Shown here: piece after piece, positions 24,864-33,896 of the stretch
How positions within the stretch are numbered: position 1 is the first letter of the stretch
Layout of the letters: each line of letters starts with the position of its first letter
DNA from: Proteobacteria bacterium UBA5122
Lineage (GTDB): Bacteria > Pseudomonadota > Gammaproteobacteria > Tenderiales > Tenderiaceae
Direction: 5' to 3'
DNA length: 63,208 nucleotides
Assembly: GCA_002415485.1 (NCBI GenBank)
Contig: DHYU01000037.1
Span: 1-63,208 of the forward strand
Position numbers and translations under genes: made by a program
The notes under the pieces: generated by a model
Databases searched by the model: none
What the model saw: only the letters and a program-made list of their open reading frames with translations
What the model was told of the DNA's origin: nothing

Positions 24864-26783
24864 TTAGGATTTACGGGTACGCAAGTGCCATTCACACAGC
24901 AGGCGAACCTGCTTCGGTGTATAGCCTTTGGCAACCATCCGGTCGACAAACTCTTGATGCTTTTTCTGATCCTCTGTGGAGGATTTAGCGTTGAATGAAA
25001 TGACAGGCAGAATATCTTCTGTGGTCGTGAACATCTTCTTCTCGATCACAGAACGCATTTTCTCGTAACTCGTCCATGCGGGATTTTTGCCCGCATTGTT
25101 GGCACGGGCACGTAAGGTGAAATTGACCACCTCATTGCGGAAGTCTTTAGGATTGCTGATACCCGCTGGTTTTTCAATCTTTTCGAGCTCATTATTAAGT
25201 GCTGCGCGATCAAACATTTCGCCGGTATCAGGGTCTCGATATTCAGAGTCCTGAATCCAGAAGTCCGCATAAGTGACATAACGATCGAATATGTTTTGAC
25301 CGAACTCTGAATAAGATTCGAGATAGGCCGTTTGAATCTCTTTGGCGATAAATTCGGCATACCGAGTTGCGATGTAACCCTTGAGATAAGAGATATATTT
25401 ATCGCGAACATCTGGCGGGTATTGTTCTTGCTCTATCTGCTGCTCGAGTATGTAGAGAAGGTGTACCGGATTGGCCGCGACTTCTGAATGATCGTAGTTA
25501 AATACTTTGGACAGGATCTTGAATGCAAAGCGGGTCGACAGCCCTGTCATACCTTCATCAGGCCCCGCTGTATCTTTATACTCCTGTAGCGATTTTGCTT
25601 TAGGATCGGTGTCTTTCAAGTTTTCGCCATCGTATACCCGCATCTTGGAAAAGATATTCGAGTTTTCTGGTTCTTTGATACGGGTCAACACCGCAAATTG
25701 GGCCATCATTTCAAGCGTATCCGGGGCACATGGCGCCTCACGCAGGGATGAATGTGTCAGCAGCTTTTGATAGATCTTGACCTCATCTCTAACGCGTAAG
25801 CAGTAGGGTACTTTTACAATGTAAATTCGGTCTAGGAAGGCCTCATTATTCTTGTTGTTACGAAATGACTGCCATTCAGATTCATTGGAGTGAGCGAGGA
25901 TGACACCATTGAATGGGATCGCCGGGAACCCTTCAGTCCCCTTGTAATTACCTTCTTGAGTAGCCGTCAACAAGGGATGCAATACCTTAATGGGAGCCTT
26001 GAACATCTCGACGAACTCAAGCATGCCCTGATTGGCCTGACAAAGACCTCCCGAGTAGCTATACGCATCTGGATCATCTTGAGAGAACTGCTCAAGCATA
26101 CGGATATCAACTTTACCAACCAAAGATGAAATATCCTGGTTGTTTTCATCGCCAGGCTCCGTTTTGGCGACAGCGACTTGGCGTAAGACAGATGGGCGCA
26201 AACGGACTACACGAAACTTTGTAATGTCACCATTAAACTCCTGCAATCGTTTGAGTGCCCACGGCGACATGACACCGGGCAGGTAGCGGCGGGGGATGCC
26301 ATAATCTTGTTCAAGAATATTGCCGTCTTCGGTAGGCGAGAACAAGCCTAGAGGTGATTCTTTGACTGGAGAACCCTTGATTGCATAGAAGGGGACACGC
26401 TCCATCAAAGATTTCAGTTTTTCGGCAAGTGATGACTTACCACCACCCACAGGGCCCAGCAAGTACAGAATTTGTTTTTTCTCTTCCAAACCCTGAGCAG
26501 CATGCTTAAAAAACGATACGATCTGCTCAATCGTTTCCTCCATGCCGTAGAAATCCTTGAAGGCAGGGTAGACCTTGATCATTTTGTTGGAAAAAATTCG
26601 GCTCAGTCGCAGATCTTTTCGGGTATCGACTAATTCGGGTTCACCAATGGCGAGGAGCATCCGTTCGGCAGCAGTGGCATAGGTGGTAGGGTCAGACTTG
26701 CATAGCTCCAGGTACTCCTGAAGACTCATTTCCTCTTCTTTTGTTTCTTCAAAGCGCGCCTGGTAATTATTGAAAATGCTCAT
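24864..26783 (-). CDS. yeaG: PrkA/YeaG family AAA+ serine protein kinase
   Basis: LLGPVGGGKSSLAE, KTEPGDENNQDIS and EFVEMFKAPIKVLHPLL. ATG at 26783 follows GAGG. Confidence 0.96.
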   Translation of the reverse strand: MSIFNNYQARFEETKEEEMSLQEYLELCKSDPTTYATAAERMLLAIGEPELVDTRKDLRLSRIFSNKMIKVYPAFKDFYGMEETIEQIVSFFKHAAQGLEEKKQILYLLGPVGGGKSSLAEKLKSLMERVPFYAIKGSPVKESPLGLFSPTEDGNILEQDYGIPRRYLPGVMSPWALKRLQEFNGDITKFRVVRLRPSVLRQVAVAKTEPGDENNQDISSLVGKVDIRMLEQFSQDDPDAYSYSGGLCQANQGMLEFVEMFKAPIKVLHPLLTATQEGNYKGTEGFPAIPFNGVILAHSNESEWQSFRNNKNNEAFLDRIYIVKVPYCLRVRDEVKIYQKLLTHSSLREAPCAPDTLEMMAQFAVLTRIKEPENSNIFSKMRVYDGENLKDTDPKAKSLQEYKDTAGPDEGMTGLSTRFAFKILSKVFNYDHSEVAANPVHLLYILEQQIEQEQYPPDVRDKYISYLKGYIATRYAEFIAKEIQTAYLESYSEFGQNIFDRYVTYADFWIQDSEYRDPDTGEMFDRAALNNELEKIEKPAGISNPKDFRNEVVNFTLRARANNAGKNPAWTSYEKMRSVIEKKMFTTTEDILPVISFNAKSSTEDQKKHQEFVDRMVAKGYTPKQVRLLCEWHLRTRKS

Positions 26784-27084
26784 GACGGTCACCTCTCTTT
26801 CAGTTGGCGGACCACTTGCCTTTGCCCGCATCCATGCGACATCTCTAACGGCTGGAGACTACAGTGAGCAGCCCCTTATCACACAATACAGATCTCTAAT
26901 GCCCCATACTTTTGTTACCAGATGACTGGATTCGTTCCAAAAATATAGATGCTCTCTAGAGTATGTCGGCGCATTGGGGATTACCCTTAAGCGCATCTCA
27001 TTACATAAAACAAGATCTTACCGTATCACTGACAACGTCGAGCGACAACATCAACCCTGGGTTTGGGTAACGCAGGGCGCGTGT

Positions 27085-27615
27085 TTATCGTCTTAAAGGA
27101 GGACGGCCATGATTACCTAGCTCAAGCTCAAACTCACTGAGACCATCGACTTGGTGATTCAAGTAACGTGTAACAATCTCTTCACCCAATTGGGCGGTTG
27201 TTTTGCCGGAAAGATACCCATAAAGCATCAGTGTAAGCTCGGTCTCCTGGCGTGTTTCGAACATATATTCGGTAAACACAATCCCCACCGCCTGTTTGAA
27301 TAAGGAATCAGAATATGGCGGCGGGGAAAGGGAGGCCGGTGGAGCTGGCCAGGGTTGGCGCTGCAGGTCACCTTGAACCAGGACATTAATGCAATCGATG
27401 AAGGCTGCTGCATGAGGATGTGGCCCAATAAATGTCCCGTCGTGATGAAAGCAATAATCATCATCGACATAAAGCCTTGCGCCCATATCTTTGATTTCTA
27501 ACATCTTAGTGACGCGCTGCATTAGCAAAGATGCTAGATGATGATCCGTGAGTTGTGAGGTGGGTCCGGCGGGATTGAGTAATGGTGATGTATTCATGGC
27601 AAGTCTGTCCTTCAT
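27085..27615 (-). CDS. Hypothetical protein (start uncertain: 27597, 27615 or 27663)
   Basis: Long ORF filling the gap between prkA and the response regulator; no family recognised. Confidence 0.55.
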   Translation of the reverse strand: MKDRLAMNTSPLLNPAGPTSQLTDHHLASLLMQRVTKMLEIKDMGARLYVDDDYCFHHDGTFIGPHPHAAAFIDCINVLVQGDLQRQPWPAPPASLSPPPYSDSLFKQAVGIVFTEYMFETRQETELTLMLYGYLSGKTTAQLGEEIVTRYLNHQVDGLSEFELELGNHGRPPLRR

Positions 27616-27740
27616 GGCAAATGCATATCCAAGCGGCGACTGAGTGACCGCTGACATACGCACGCGTTTTGGAAGACGTGCTCGAACTCCATAGCAAAAT
27701 GACTATGAGGTGCGCAAAGTAATATAAAGCGAAAATGATA

Positions 27741-28379
27741 TCAAGTATCTGATTGAGGTCGTTTTTTATGAGCGGAAGATTTTCTGTTTCTCTGCGTGTT
27801 CAGTTTGTTGTTCGCTTTGGACATAAACGACAAAAAGTTATTAATCACATGTGCTACATCACGTGAGTTTCCATGCTGATCCCTGGCCATTTCATTCATC
27901 ACATCAAAGGCCTGGTCCGGGTGAATTGACAAATAGGCAGATAACGCACCTCGTGCCGTACCTATATCCCGACTTGATGCAGCGTAATCGCGCAATGCCT
28001 CAATTTGTTGTACATGGGCCAGTGCGCTAGCAACTGTGCCCACCAATTGAGCTTGATTCACAGGTTTGGCGAGAAACGAAAAACTGCCTAGCTCTATAAT
28101 CCGTCTAATCGTTTCGTTGTCGACCATGGACGTCATCGCAACAAAGGGTATTTGCATGCGTTTCAATGCAGCTGCCACCGAAAATCCATCCTGAATCGGC
28201 ATTAGAATGTCCAATAAAACCAGGTCCGGACGATTCATTTCACAAAATTCGATGGCGGCCTCGCCATCAGCAACCTCGTGCAAGGAGGCAGCGATAGTAT
28301 TACCAAGCACGGCCATCACGTAATCCCGGATGTCCTGGTCGTCATCCACAATTAGAATATTTGTATTATTGTCAGTCAC
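27741..28379 (-). CDS. Response regulator: REC domain plus ANTAR-like output domain
   Basis: ILIVDDD, PDLVLLDILMP..DG and FLAKP; C-terminal RDIGTARGAL...DQAFDVMNEMARDQH...RDVAHVI fits the ANTAR three-helix pattern. GGAGG RBS. Confidence 0.8.
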   Translation of the reverse strand: MTDNNTNILIVDDDQDIRDYVMAVLGNTIAASLHEVADGEAAIEFCEMNRPDLVLLDILMPIQDGFSVAAALKRMQIPFVAMTSMVDNETIRRIIELGSFSFLAKPVNQAQLVGTVASALAHVQQIEALRDYAASSRDIGTARGALSAYLSIHPDQAFDVMNEMARDQHGNSRDVAHVINNFLSFMSKANNKLNTQRNRKSSAHKKRPQSDT

Positions 28380-28451
28380 GCTTCACCTCCGCTGATAGGG
28401 CTATCGACCACTAGAGGCCCAAATTTACCGCGAGGAAAATATTGGAATAAC

Positions 28452-28469
28452 ATCTAGTTACTACTAGAT
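28452..28469. promoter_or_regulatory. Palindromic operator-like site upstream of modA
   Basis: ATCTAGT-tact-ACTAGAT is a perfect 7-bp inverted repeat. Confidence 0.4.
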
Positions 28470-28538
28470 ATACGTGTGCGCATTGATGGATACTTGGACG
28501 GATACTTATAGAAGATTTTTATCAGGATTATCAGCATA

Positions 28539-29312
28539 GTGATGTTATTTGTCTCAAGATCAGCAGGCTATATATTGCTGTTTTTTATATGTATGACCAC
28601 CATGTGGATAGATAATGTCTATGCCGGCACGGCCAGAATCGCAGTTGCCGCCAATTTCACCGACGCCATGCAAAAATTAGCACCAGCATTTGAACAGGAC
28701 ACAGGATACCAGTTAAAGATCAGTTATGGCTCGACTGGAAAGCTGTATTCGCAAATCGTGCATGGTGCACCCTTTGATATATTTATGGCCGCCGATGCAG
28801 ATCGGCCGGCGAGGGCAGAACGCGAGGGCCACGCCGTCAGTGGTAGCCGTTGGACATATGCGCGTGGGCAGCTGGTGTTGTGGAGCGCCAGCCCAGGGCT
28901 GTTTGAAGATGGCGCCGAGTATCTAAAGAGTGCATCGATTTCACGGGTCGCCATCGCCAATCCAAAAACTGCACCTTATGGCATGGCCGCACAACAGACG
29001 ATGCAGCAACTTGGCGTTTGGGCACGTCTGGAAAGATCTGTGATCAGGGGTGACTCAATCAGCCAAACGTTTCAATTTGTCGCCACCGGTAATGCCAGTG
29101 TTGGATTTGTTTCAGCGTCACAACTACATGCCTGGCCAAGGCAGGGGAGTTACTGGCCAGTGCCGTCACACCTCCACCAGCCGATTGATCAGCAAGTGGT
29201 GTTGCTCAACAAGGGTGCCAACAACCCTGCGGCCAACGCATTTATAGAGTTTCTCCGTTCAACTAAAACTCAAACATTGCTCTCAACACTAGGCTATGGC
29301 GTAGGGCAATGA
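28539..29312 (+). CDS. modA: Molybdate ABC transporter substrate-binding protein
   Basis: [28 protein letters not shown] and [10 protein letters not shown]. Confidence 0.95.
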   Translation: MMLFVSRSAGYILLFFICMTTMWIDNVYAGTARIAVAANFTDAMQKLAPAFEQDTGYQLKISYGSTGKLYSQIVHGAPFDIFMAADADRPARAEREGHAVSGSRWTYARGQLVLWSASPGLFEDGAEYLKSASISRVAIANPKTAPYGMAAQQTMQQLGVWARLERSVIRGDSISQTFQFVATGNASVGFVSASQLHAWPRQGSYWPVPSHLHQPIDQQVVLLNKGANNPAANAFIEFLRSTKTQTLLSTLGYGVGQ

Positions 29313-29989
29313 CAGACATAGATTGGCAAACCATTTGGTTAACGGTGAAGTTGGCCACGCTGACGACCATCATCCTGCTGATACTGGCAACGCCATTAGC
29401 CTGGTGGCTCACCCGCACCACCCATTGGAGCAAACAAATCGTCGCCTCGATTGTGGCCTTGCCGCTGGTGTTGCCGCCAACCGTGCTCGGGTTTTATCTA
29501 TTAATATTGATGGGCCCGACGGGACCGATAGGCGAATTCACCGAGGCCATCGGCATAGGCCTGCTGCCATTTACCTTTACCGGTCTGGTCATCGCCTCGA
29601 TACTGTATTCGTTACCGTTTGCGGTGCAACCCTTGCACAACGCCTTTGAATCCCTCGGTGAACGGCCGCTGGAGGTTGCAGCCACACTACGCGCATCGCC
29701 GTTGGATCGTTTCCTGACCATCGTCATGCCCATGGCACGCCCAGGCTTTGTCACCGCCGCCATCCTGGTGTTCGCCCATACCATAGGTGAATTTGGTGTC
29801 GTATTAATGATCGGCGGCAACATTCCGGGCGAGACCAAGGTACTCTCCGTGGCCATCTATGATCATGTCGAAACACTCGAATTTGCCCAGGCCCATTGGC
29901 TGGCCGGAGGCATGTTGTTGTTCTCGTTTACGGTGTTGTTACTGGTATATATGGTGAACGGCCGCGCCCATCGGAGTCGCCATCAATGA
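29309..29989 (+). CDS. modB: Molybdate ABC transporter permease
   Basis: [15 protein letters not shown] and [20 protein letters not shown]; ATGA overlap with modA. Confidence 0.96.
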   Translation: MTDIDWQTIWLTVKLATLTTIILLILATPLAWWLTRTTHWSKQIVASIVALPLVLPPTVLGFYLLILMGPTGPIGEFTEAIGIGLLPFTFTGLVIASILYSLPFAVQPLHNAFESLGERPLEVAATLRASPLDRFLTIVMPMARPGFVTAAILVFAHTIGEFGVVLMIGGNIPGETKVLSVAIYDHVETLEFAQAHWLAGGMLLFSFTVLLLVYMVNGRAHRSRHQ

Positions 29990-31059
29990 ACAGCGGCATA
30001 TACGCCAAATTTGATACCTCGTTCGACGACTTCTCGTTACAGGTCGAACTCTCATTGCCAGGGCAGGGGATCAGTGCGTTGTTTGGACACTCGGGTTCCG
30101 GCAAAACCACCGTACTGCGTTGTATGGCCGGGCTACAAAAGGCCCGTGGCGAGCTGATCGTTAATGGCGAGTGTTGGCAAAACGACCGCATCCAGCTGCC
30201 GGTACACCAGCGACCGCTGGCGTATGTCTTTCAAGAGGCCAGCTTGTTTTCTCATCTCAGCGTTAGGGCCAATCTGGAGTACGGCTATAAGCGGATTGCC
30301 GCTTCAGAACGTAAAATCGAGTTTGAACAGGCCGTCGCATGGCTGGGCGTGGCGCCATTGTTGGCACGGCATCCCGACAAACTCTCGGGCGGTGAACGCC
30401 AGCGTGTCGCCATTGCCCGTGCGTTGTTAACCAGTCCGCGCCTGTTATTGATGGACGAACCGTTATCAGCCCTCGATCAAAAGAGTCGGCGCGAGATCAT
30501 GCCGTACCTGGAGCAGCTGCATGAACATCTATCGATACCTGTTATCTATGTCACACATGCAGCCGACGAAGTCGCGCGTCTTGCAGATCACCTGGTCGTC
30601 ATGGATAACGGTCGCATATCGGCCAGCGGCCCGTTAACGGAGACACTGGCCCGCCTGGATCTGCCGGTGCATCAATATGACGAAGCGGGCGTCGTGATCG
30701 ATGCGACCGTAACAGACATAGACCACCATTGGCACCTGGTGCAGCTGAGCTTTGACGGAGGTGTGTTATGGGCCAAGGACCCAGGCGCCAAACCTGGCCA
30801 ACGGCTGCGGGCACGCGTACTGGCGCGTGACATCAGCGTCGCGCATCAACACCACCAAGACACCAGCATCCTCAACGTAATGCCCGCGACGATCGTAGGC
30901 ATCGCCGACAGTAATCATCCGGCAGCCAAGTTAATCAAGGCCCAAGTGGGGCAGACACCATTCCTGGCTCAACTCACAGCCAAATCGGTTTCATTGATGG
31001 GATTAGATATAGGGGCACAGGTCTGGTTACAGGTGAAATCGGTAGCGGTGATAGATTAA
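29986..31059 (+). CDS. modC: Molybdate ABC transporter ATPase
   Basis: [23 protein letters not shown] and a C-terminal TOBE domain (TSILN...QVKSVA); ATGA overlap with modB. Confidence 0.96.
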   Translation: MNSGIYAKFDTSFDDFSLQVELSLPGQGISALFGHSGSGKTTVLRCMAGLQKARGELIVNGECWQNDRIQLPVHQRPLAYVFQEASLFSHLSVRANLEYGYKRIAASERKIEFEQAVAWLGVAPLLARHPDKLSGGERQRVAIARALLTSPRLLLMDEPLSALDQKSRREIMPYLEQLHEHLSIPVIYVTHAADEVARLADHLVVMDNGRISASGPLTETLARLDLPVHQYDEAGVVIDATVTDIDHHWHLVQLSFDGGVLWAKDPGAKPGQRLRARVLARDISVAHQHHQDTSILNVMPATIVGIADSNHPAAKLIKAQVGQTPFLAQLTAKSVSLMGLDIGAQVWLQVKSVAVID

Positions 31060-31075
31060 GTGCCGCGCATACTTT

Positions 31076-31103
31076 ATTTAACATAATATATATTATGCGA
31101 ACA
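31076..31103 (-). other. dif: XerCD dif site (chromosome dimer resolution)
   Basis: Reverse strand TGTTCGCATAA-TATATA-TTATGTTAAAT: perfect XerD arm, 6-bp spacer and Pseudomonas/E. coli-like XerC arm. Confidence 0.92.
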
Positions 31104-31160
31104 TCCAGCATAAAGAAGACACCCGGGTATGTGGATACGGCCAGGAGCAGATAATCAAAT

Positions 31161-31237
31161 GTGGGTTGATGCTGAGCCTGCGAAGCCCAACATAAAGTGG
31201 CGATATTCGTTGGACTTCATTCTTCAACCCAACCTAC
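31161..31237. repeat. Degenerate REP doublet (REPIN-like)
   Basis: GTGGGTTG...GAAGCCCAAA-like unit (gtgggttgatgctgagcctgcgaagcccaaca) paired with an inverted unit ending CAACCCAACCTAC. Confidence 0.55.
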
Positions 31238-31252
31238 GGGCTCAAGTCAAAA

Positions 31253-31342
31253 GTAGGTCCGAGTAGTGAAACGTAATCGGACGGATGCTTCAGCTAATAA
31301 ACTATTACATACGTGCGATTACGCAATGCTAATCGCACCTAC
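31253..31342. repeat. GTAG-type REP doublet (REPIN-like)
   Basis: GTAGGTCCGAGTAG...CGTAATCGGAC and inverted GTGCGATTACGC...GCTAATCGCACCTAC, with GTAG/CTAC termini. Confidence 0.65.
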
Positions 31343-31660
31343 AATTGTCTGAAAGAATTTAGTCGAGGTTGCGAGTTTTCGTACTCTGCTACGCTGATTC
31401 ACTTTCGGCGGAATGATAAAACTTTATTTTCTCGCAACGAATAATAAATCATCTGCACAAAATAATTTATTTTTGCGCGCTAACAAATTCTATTTCACCT
31501 AAACCCGATGTAACACGTTAGGATCGCATATATGCGCCTAAGTCTTTAACTGTAAGCGCCTCACCATCCGATGATGCCTGTCCAGAATTGGCTCTATGCC
31601 TACTCTATCTAACCTACCTCACAATTCTAGCCCGCTGCTAAGTCATAAATAGGCTTGCGA

Positions 31661-32353
31661 TCAAGGCGATGCAGGCACACGGCAACACATATTGCCTCCG
31701 AACACCGTCTGCTGGGTAGCTGTAGTGTTTCGCCAGGAACAGAAGGTCTGGTTGCTGTTTACGTTATTGTTATACCCGCTACCTTGGTTATATACACCTG
31801 TTGAAGCCGTCCAACAATATGGTGTAGTGGCGATGTAACCTGCCGGGCAAGCAGGATTATCAAAGAATCTGGAGGAGTTAGCCTGTATAGCGAAAGATTG
31901 AACGGCCGTACTCACGCATTGTGGTGGTGATGCCGGACGAGATACAGATACAGCTGAACGTTGCTGGATCTGGCAATCGCCACCGACCGGAGTGATATTC
32001 CCCCCAACGACTCTGAGGTACAAATTCTCAGTAAGCGATACACCTGTCATTACATATTCAAGAGTGGAAATATTGGCAACCTTTGGTCCGCCGTTTACCC
32101 TGCTGAGGGTAATTTTCTTAATTAAAAGCGCAGGGTCCGCAATATCTATACTGGTGTTGGCAACCGGTGTGCTGCATGCACTATCTGCATACAATTCAAA
32201 AGAAATAAAGCTGCCCGCAGTGGCGGAGCGTAGGGCGTGTGGATCGACGTTATACGAAACGGGCACGTCTGCAGAATATGTAAGTGAAGGTAAAATACCC
32301 GCGATAAATGCGAGACACACCAAGCCACTCTTAATGTCGATGGGGTAGTTCAT
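31661..32353 (-). CDS. Hypothetical secreted protein with a Cys-rich C-terminal domain
   Basis: GGAGG RBS, signal-peptide-like N-terminus (...LTYSA|D) and six Cys in the last ~80 aa. Confidence 0.75.
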   Translation of the reverse strand: MNYPIDIKSGLVCLAFIAGILPSLTYSADVPVSYNVDPHALRSATAGSFISFELYADSACSTPVANTSIDIADPALLIKKITLSRVNGGPKVANISTLEYVMTGVSLTENLYLRVVGGNITPVGGDCQIQQRSAVSVSRPASPPQCVSTAVQSFAIQANSSRFFDNPACPAGYIATTPYCWTASTGVYNQGSGYNNNVNSNQTFCSWRNTTATQQTVFGGNMCCRVPASP

Positions 32354-32518
32354 TTTTTCCTCCGTTATCCACCGATATGGACCCAAAGAACCTAGTTGTT
32401 TAACCTAAGTCTGGAGCGCAGAGTATACACGCTCAATTTGTATACCGATAAGTCCTCGACGTTTTCGGCAAACCGTCGTGCGGAATTGTCGAAAGCCAAA
32501 GCGGTAATACATATGGTG

Positions 32519-33721
32519 TTATCTGCGGTTGATACGCAGTAATCGCCGACCCAAGCCAAGTAAACCTAATAGCAGCACGGCCAAACCGAGCGCGCCGCCA
32601 CCGCCTTTATTAGATTTTGCCGGGGGAGAATCTTCAATTCCGTTGCTATCACTGTTGTCAGCGTTATCGCCTACGCCATCGCCATCAGTGTCGGAGAATT
32701 CATTTGGGTCTGTCGGAAAGGCATCGATACGGTTGAGTACACCGTCGCCATCACTGTCGAAATCATAATTAACGATACTGGCAAGTGTCGCTGGAGAGAG
32801 GCCCGCAAGGTGTCCGGCGGCACTTGCATTAGCGAGCGACTGGAAACTGGCCGCTGCATCGGATAAGTCGGCAATGGAAACGCCGAGTTGATGAAAATTG
32901 AGCAAACGTACGGTCTGACCGGCGGGAATAGTCAGATCGTAGCGCTCTCCAAAATCCTCAGCACGGCCCGTGCCAGGTTGAAATACGTTTACAGGCGTAA
33001 CAAGCGCTCCAACACCGAAGCGCGTGGTGACGAGGGCTGGGTCGCCGATATCATCCGAGCCTATCAGGCCTGAATCGTTGGTGACATACCACATATCGGT
33101 GCTATTAAGGTTAGTATCACCATTGGAGGTATTTTGAATCAATGTTGCGGCATCGGAGCCAAAGTTGCCTGTGACAAGTACATGGGTGTCGATATCGGCG
33201 CTGGTTGTATTGGTAAAAGTGAACAGGGCTCGTACGACGGGGGCTGCAGGACTGAAATAGTACTGAATCTGGGCATCAATGCCGGGAATGATGTTTACCA
33301 TGGTGCCTGATGTCAGGGTGTCATCGGTTAGGTCGACGGAGTTGCTGGGGTTAATAAAAAATTTATTGCCAACGGCCAGGTTCATCGTCGAATCAAACGC
33401 ATCGTTATAGTGGTCGCCGGAGGTGTAAAGCGCTGCATCAAAGATACCGAAAGCGCCGTTATGAAAATAAGATCCTACGTGGACGGAAGTTTGGCTATAG
33501 GCAAACCCAAGGGACGTGGTCATCAGTGTGTTGACATTACTGAATAACCGGGAATCATTTTCTATCCGCGTCCATGATACTGCGGACACGGCGAACGATT
33601 TGGCAATATTAACCGCAGTTGTTGTAGGGGCAGCCCTTACACTACCTGCCCAAAGGGGACCAAGGCTGATCGCACCGATGGCAGCTGCACCGCGAAGCCG
33701 AAAAAATCCCTTCATTTTCAT
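32519..33721 (-). CDS. Secreted surface protein with thrombospondin type-3-like Ca-binding repeats and a GlyGly-CTERM anchor
   Basis: Signal peptide (...SVRA|A), DSDGDGVLNRIDAFPTDPNEFSDTDGDGVGDNAD and C-terminal GGGGALGLAVLLLGLLGLGRRLLR. Start approximate. Confidence 0.85.
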   Translation of the reverse strand: MKMKGFFRLRGAAAIGAISLGPLWAGSVRAAPTTTAVNIAKSFAVSAVSWTRIENDSRLFSNVNTLMTTSLGFAYSQTSVHVGSYFHNGAFGIFDAALYTSGDHYNDAFDSTMNLAVGNKFFINPSNSVDLTDDTLTSGTMVNIIPGIDAQIQYYFSPAAPVVRALFTFTNTTSADIDTHVLVTGNFGSDAATLIQNTSNGDTNLNSTDMWYVTNDSGLIGSDDIGDPALVTTRFGVGALVTPVNVFQPGTGRAEDFGERYDLTIPAGQTVRLLNFHQLGVSIADLSDAAASFQSLANASAAGHLAGLSPATLASIVNYDFDSDGDGVLNRIDAFPTDPNEFSDTDGDGVGDNADNSDSNGIEDSPPAKSNKGGGGALGLAVLLLGLLGLGRRLLRINRR

Positions 33722-33852
33722 AGATGCACCCCAGATCGAACGTACAGGAACCATTATAACCATGCTTCTTAATTTACTCCAGATTGAAGCAATCCATATG
33801 ACTCTTGGCCGTCGGAGCTTACGCAAGTAAGATTACATTTACGCAGTTCACC

Positions 33853-33884
33853 AAACAGCCACCCTTGCGGTGGCTGTTTTCTTT
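33853..33884 (+). terminator. Intrinsic terminator-like hairpin directly upstream of the sulfotransferase gene
   Basis: AAACAGCCACC-CTTGC-GGTGGCTGTTT-TCTTT. Confidence 0.7.
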
Positions 33885-33896
33885 ACAAGTGAATGA

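Noticed and set aside
31476-31524. Integron attC-like site (GCTAAC...GTTAGG)
   Set aside because: The internal L boxes do not pair convincingly, it is single-copy, and there is no integrase or cassette array.
32464-32505. c-di-GMP-I riboswitch-like GGCAAACC...GAAAGCC
   Set aside because: It lacks the GNRA-capped P2 stem and the GACGCAAAGC segment, and is on the strand opposite the flanking genes.
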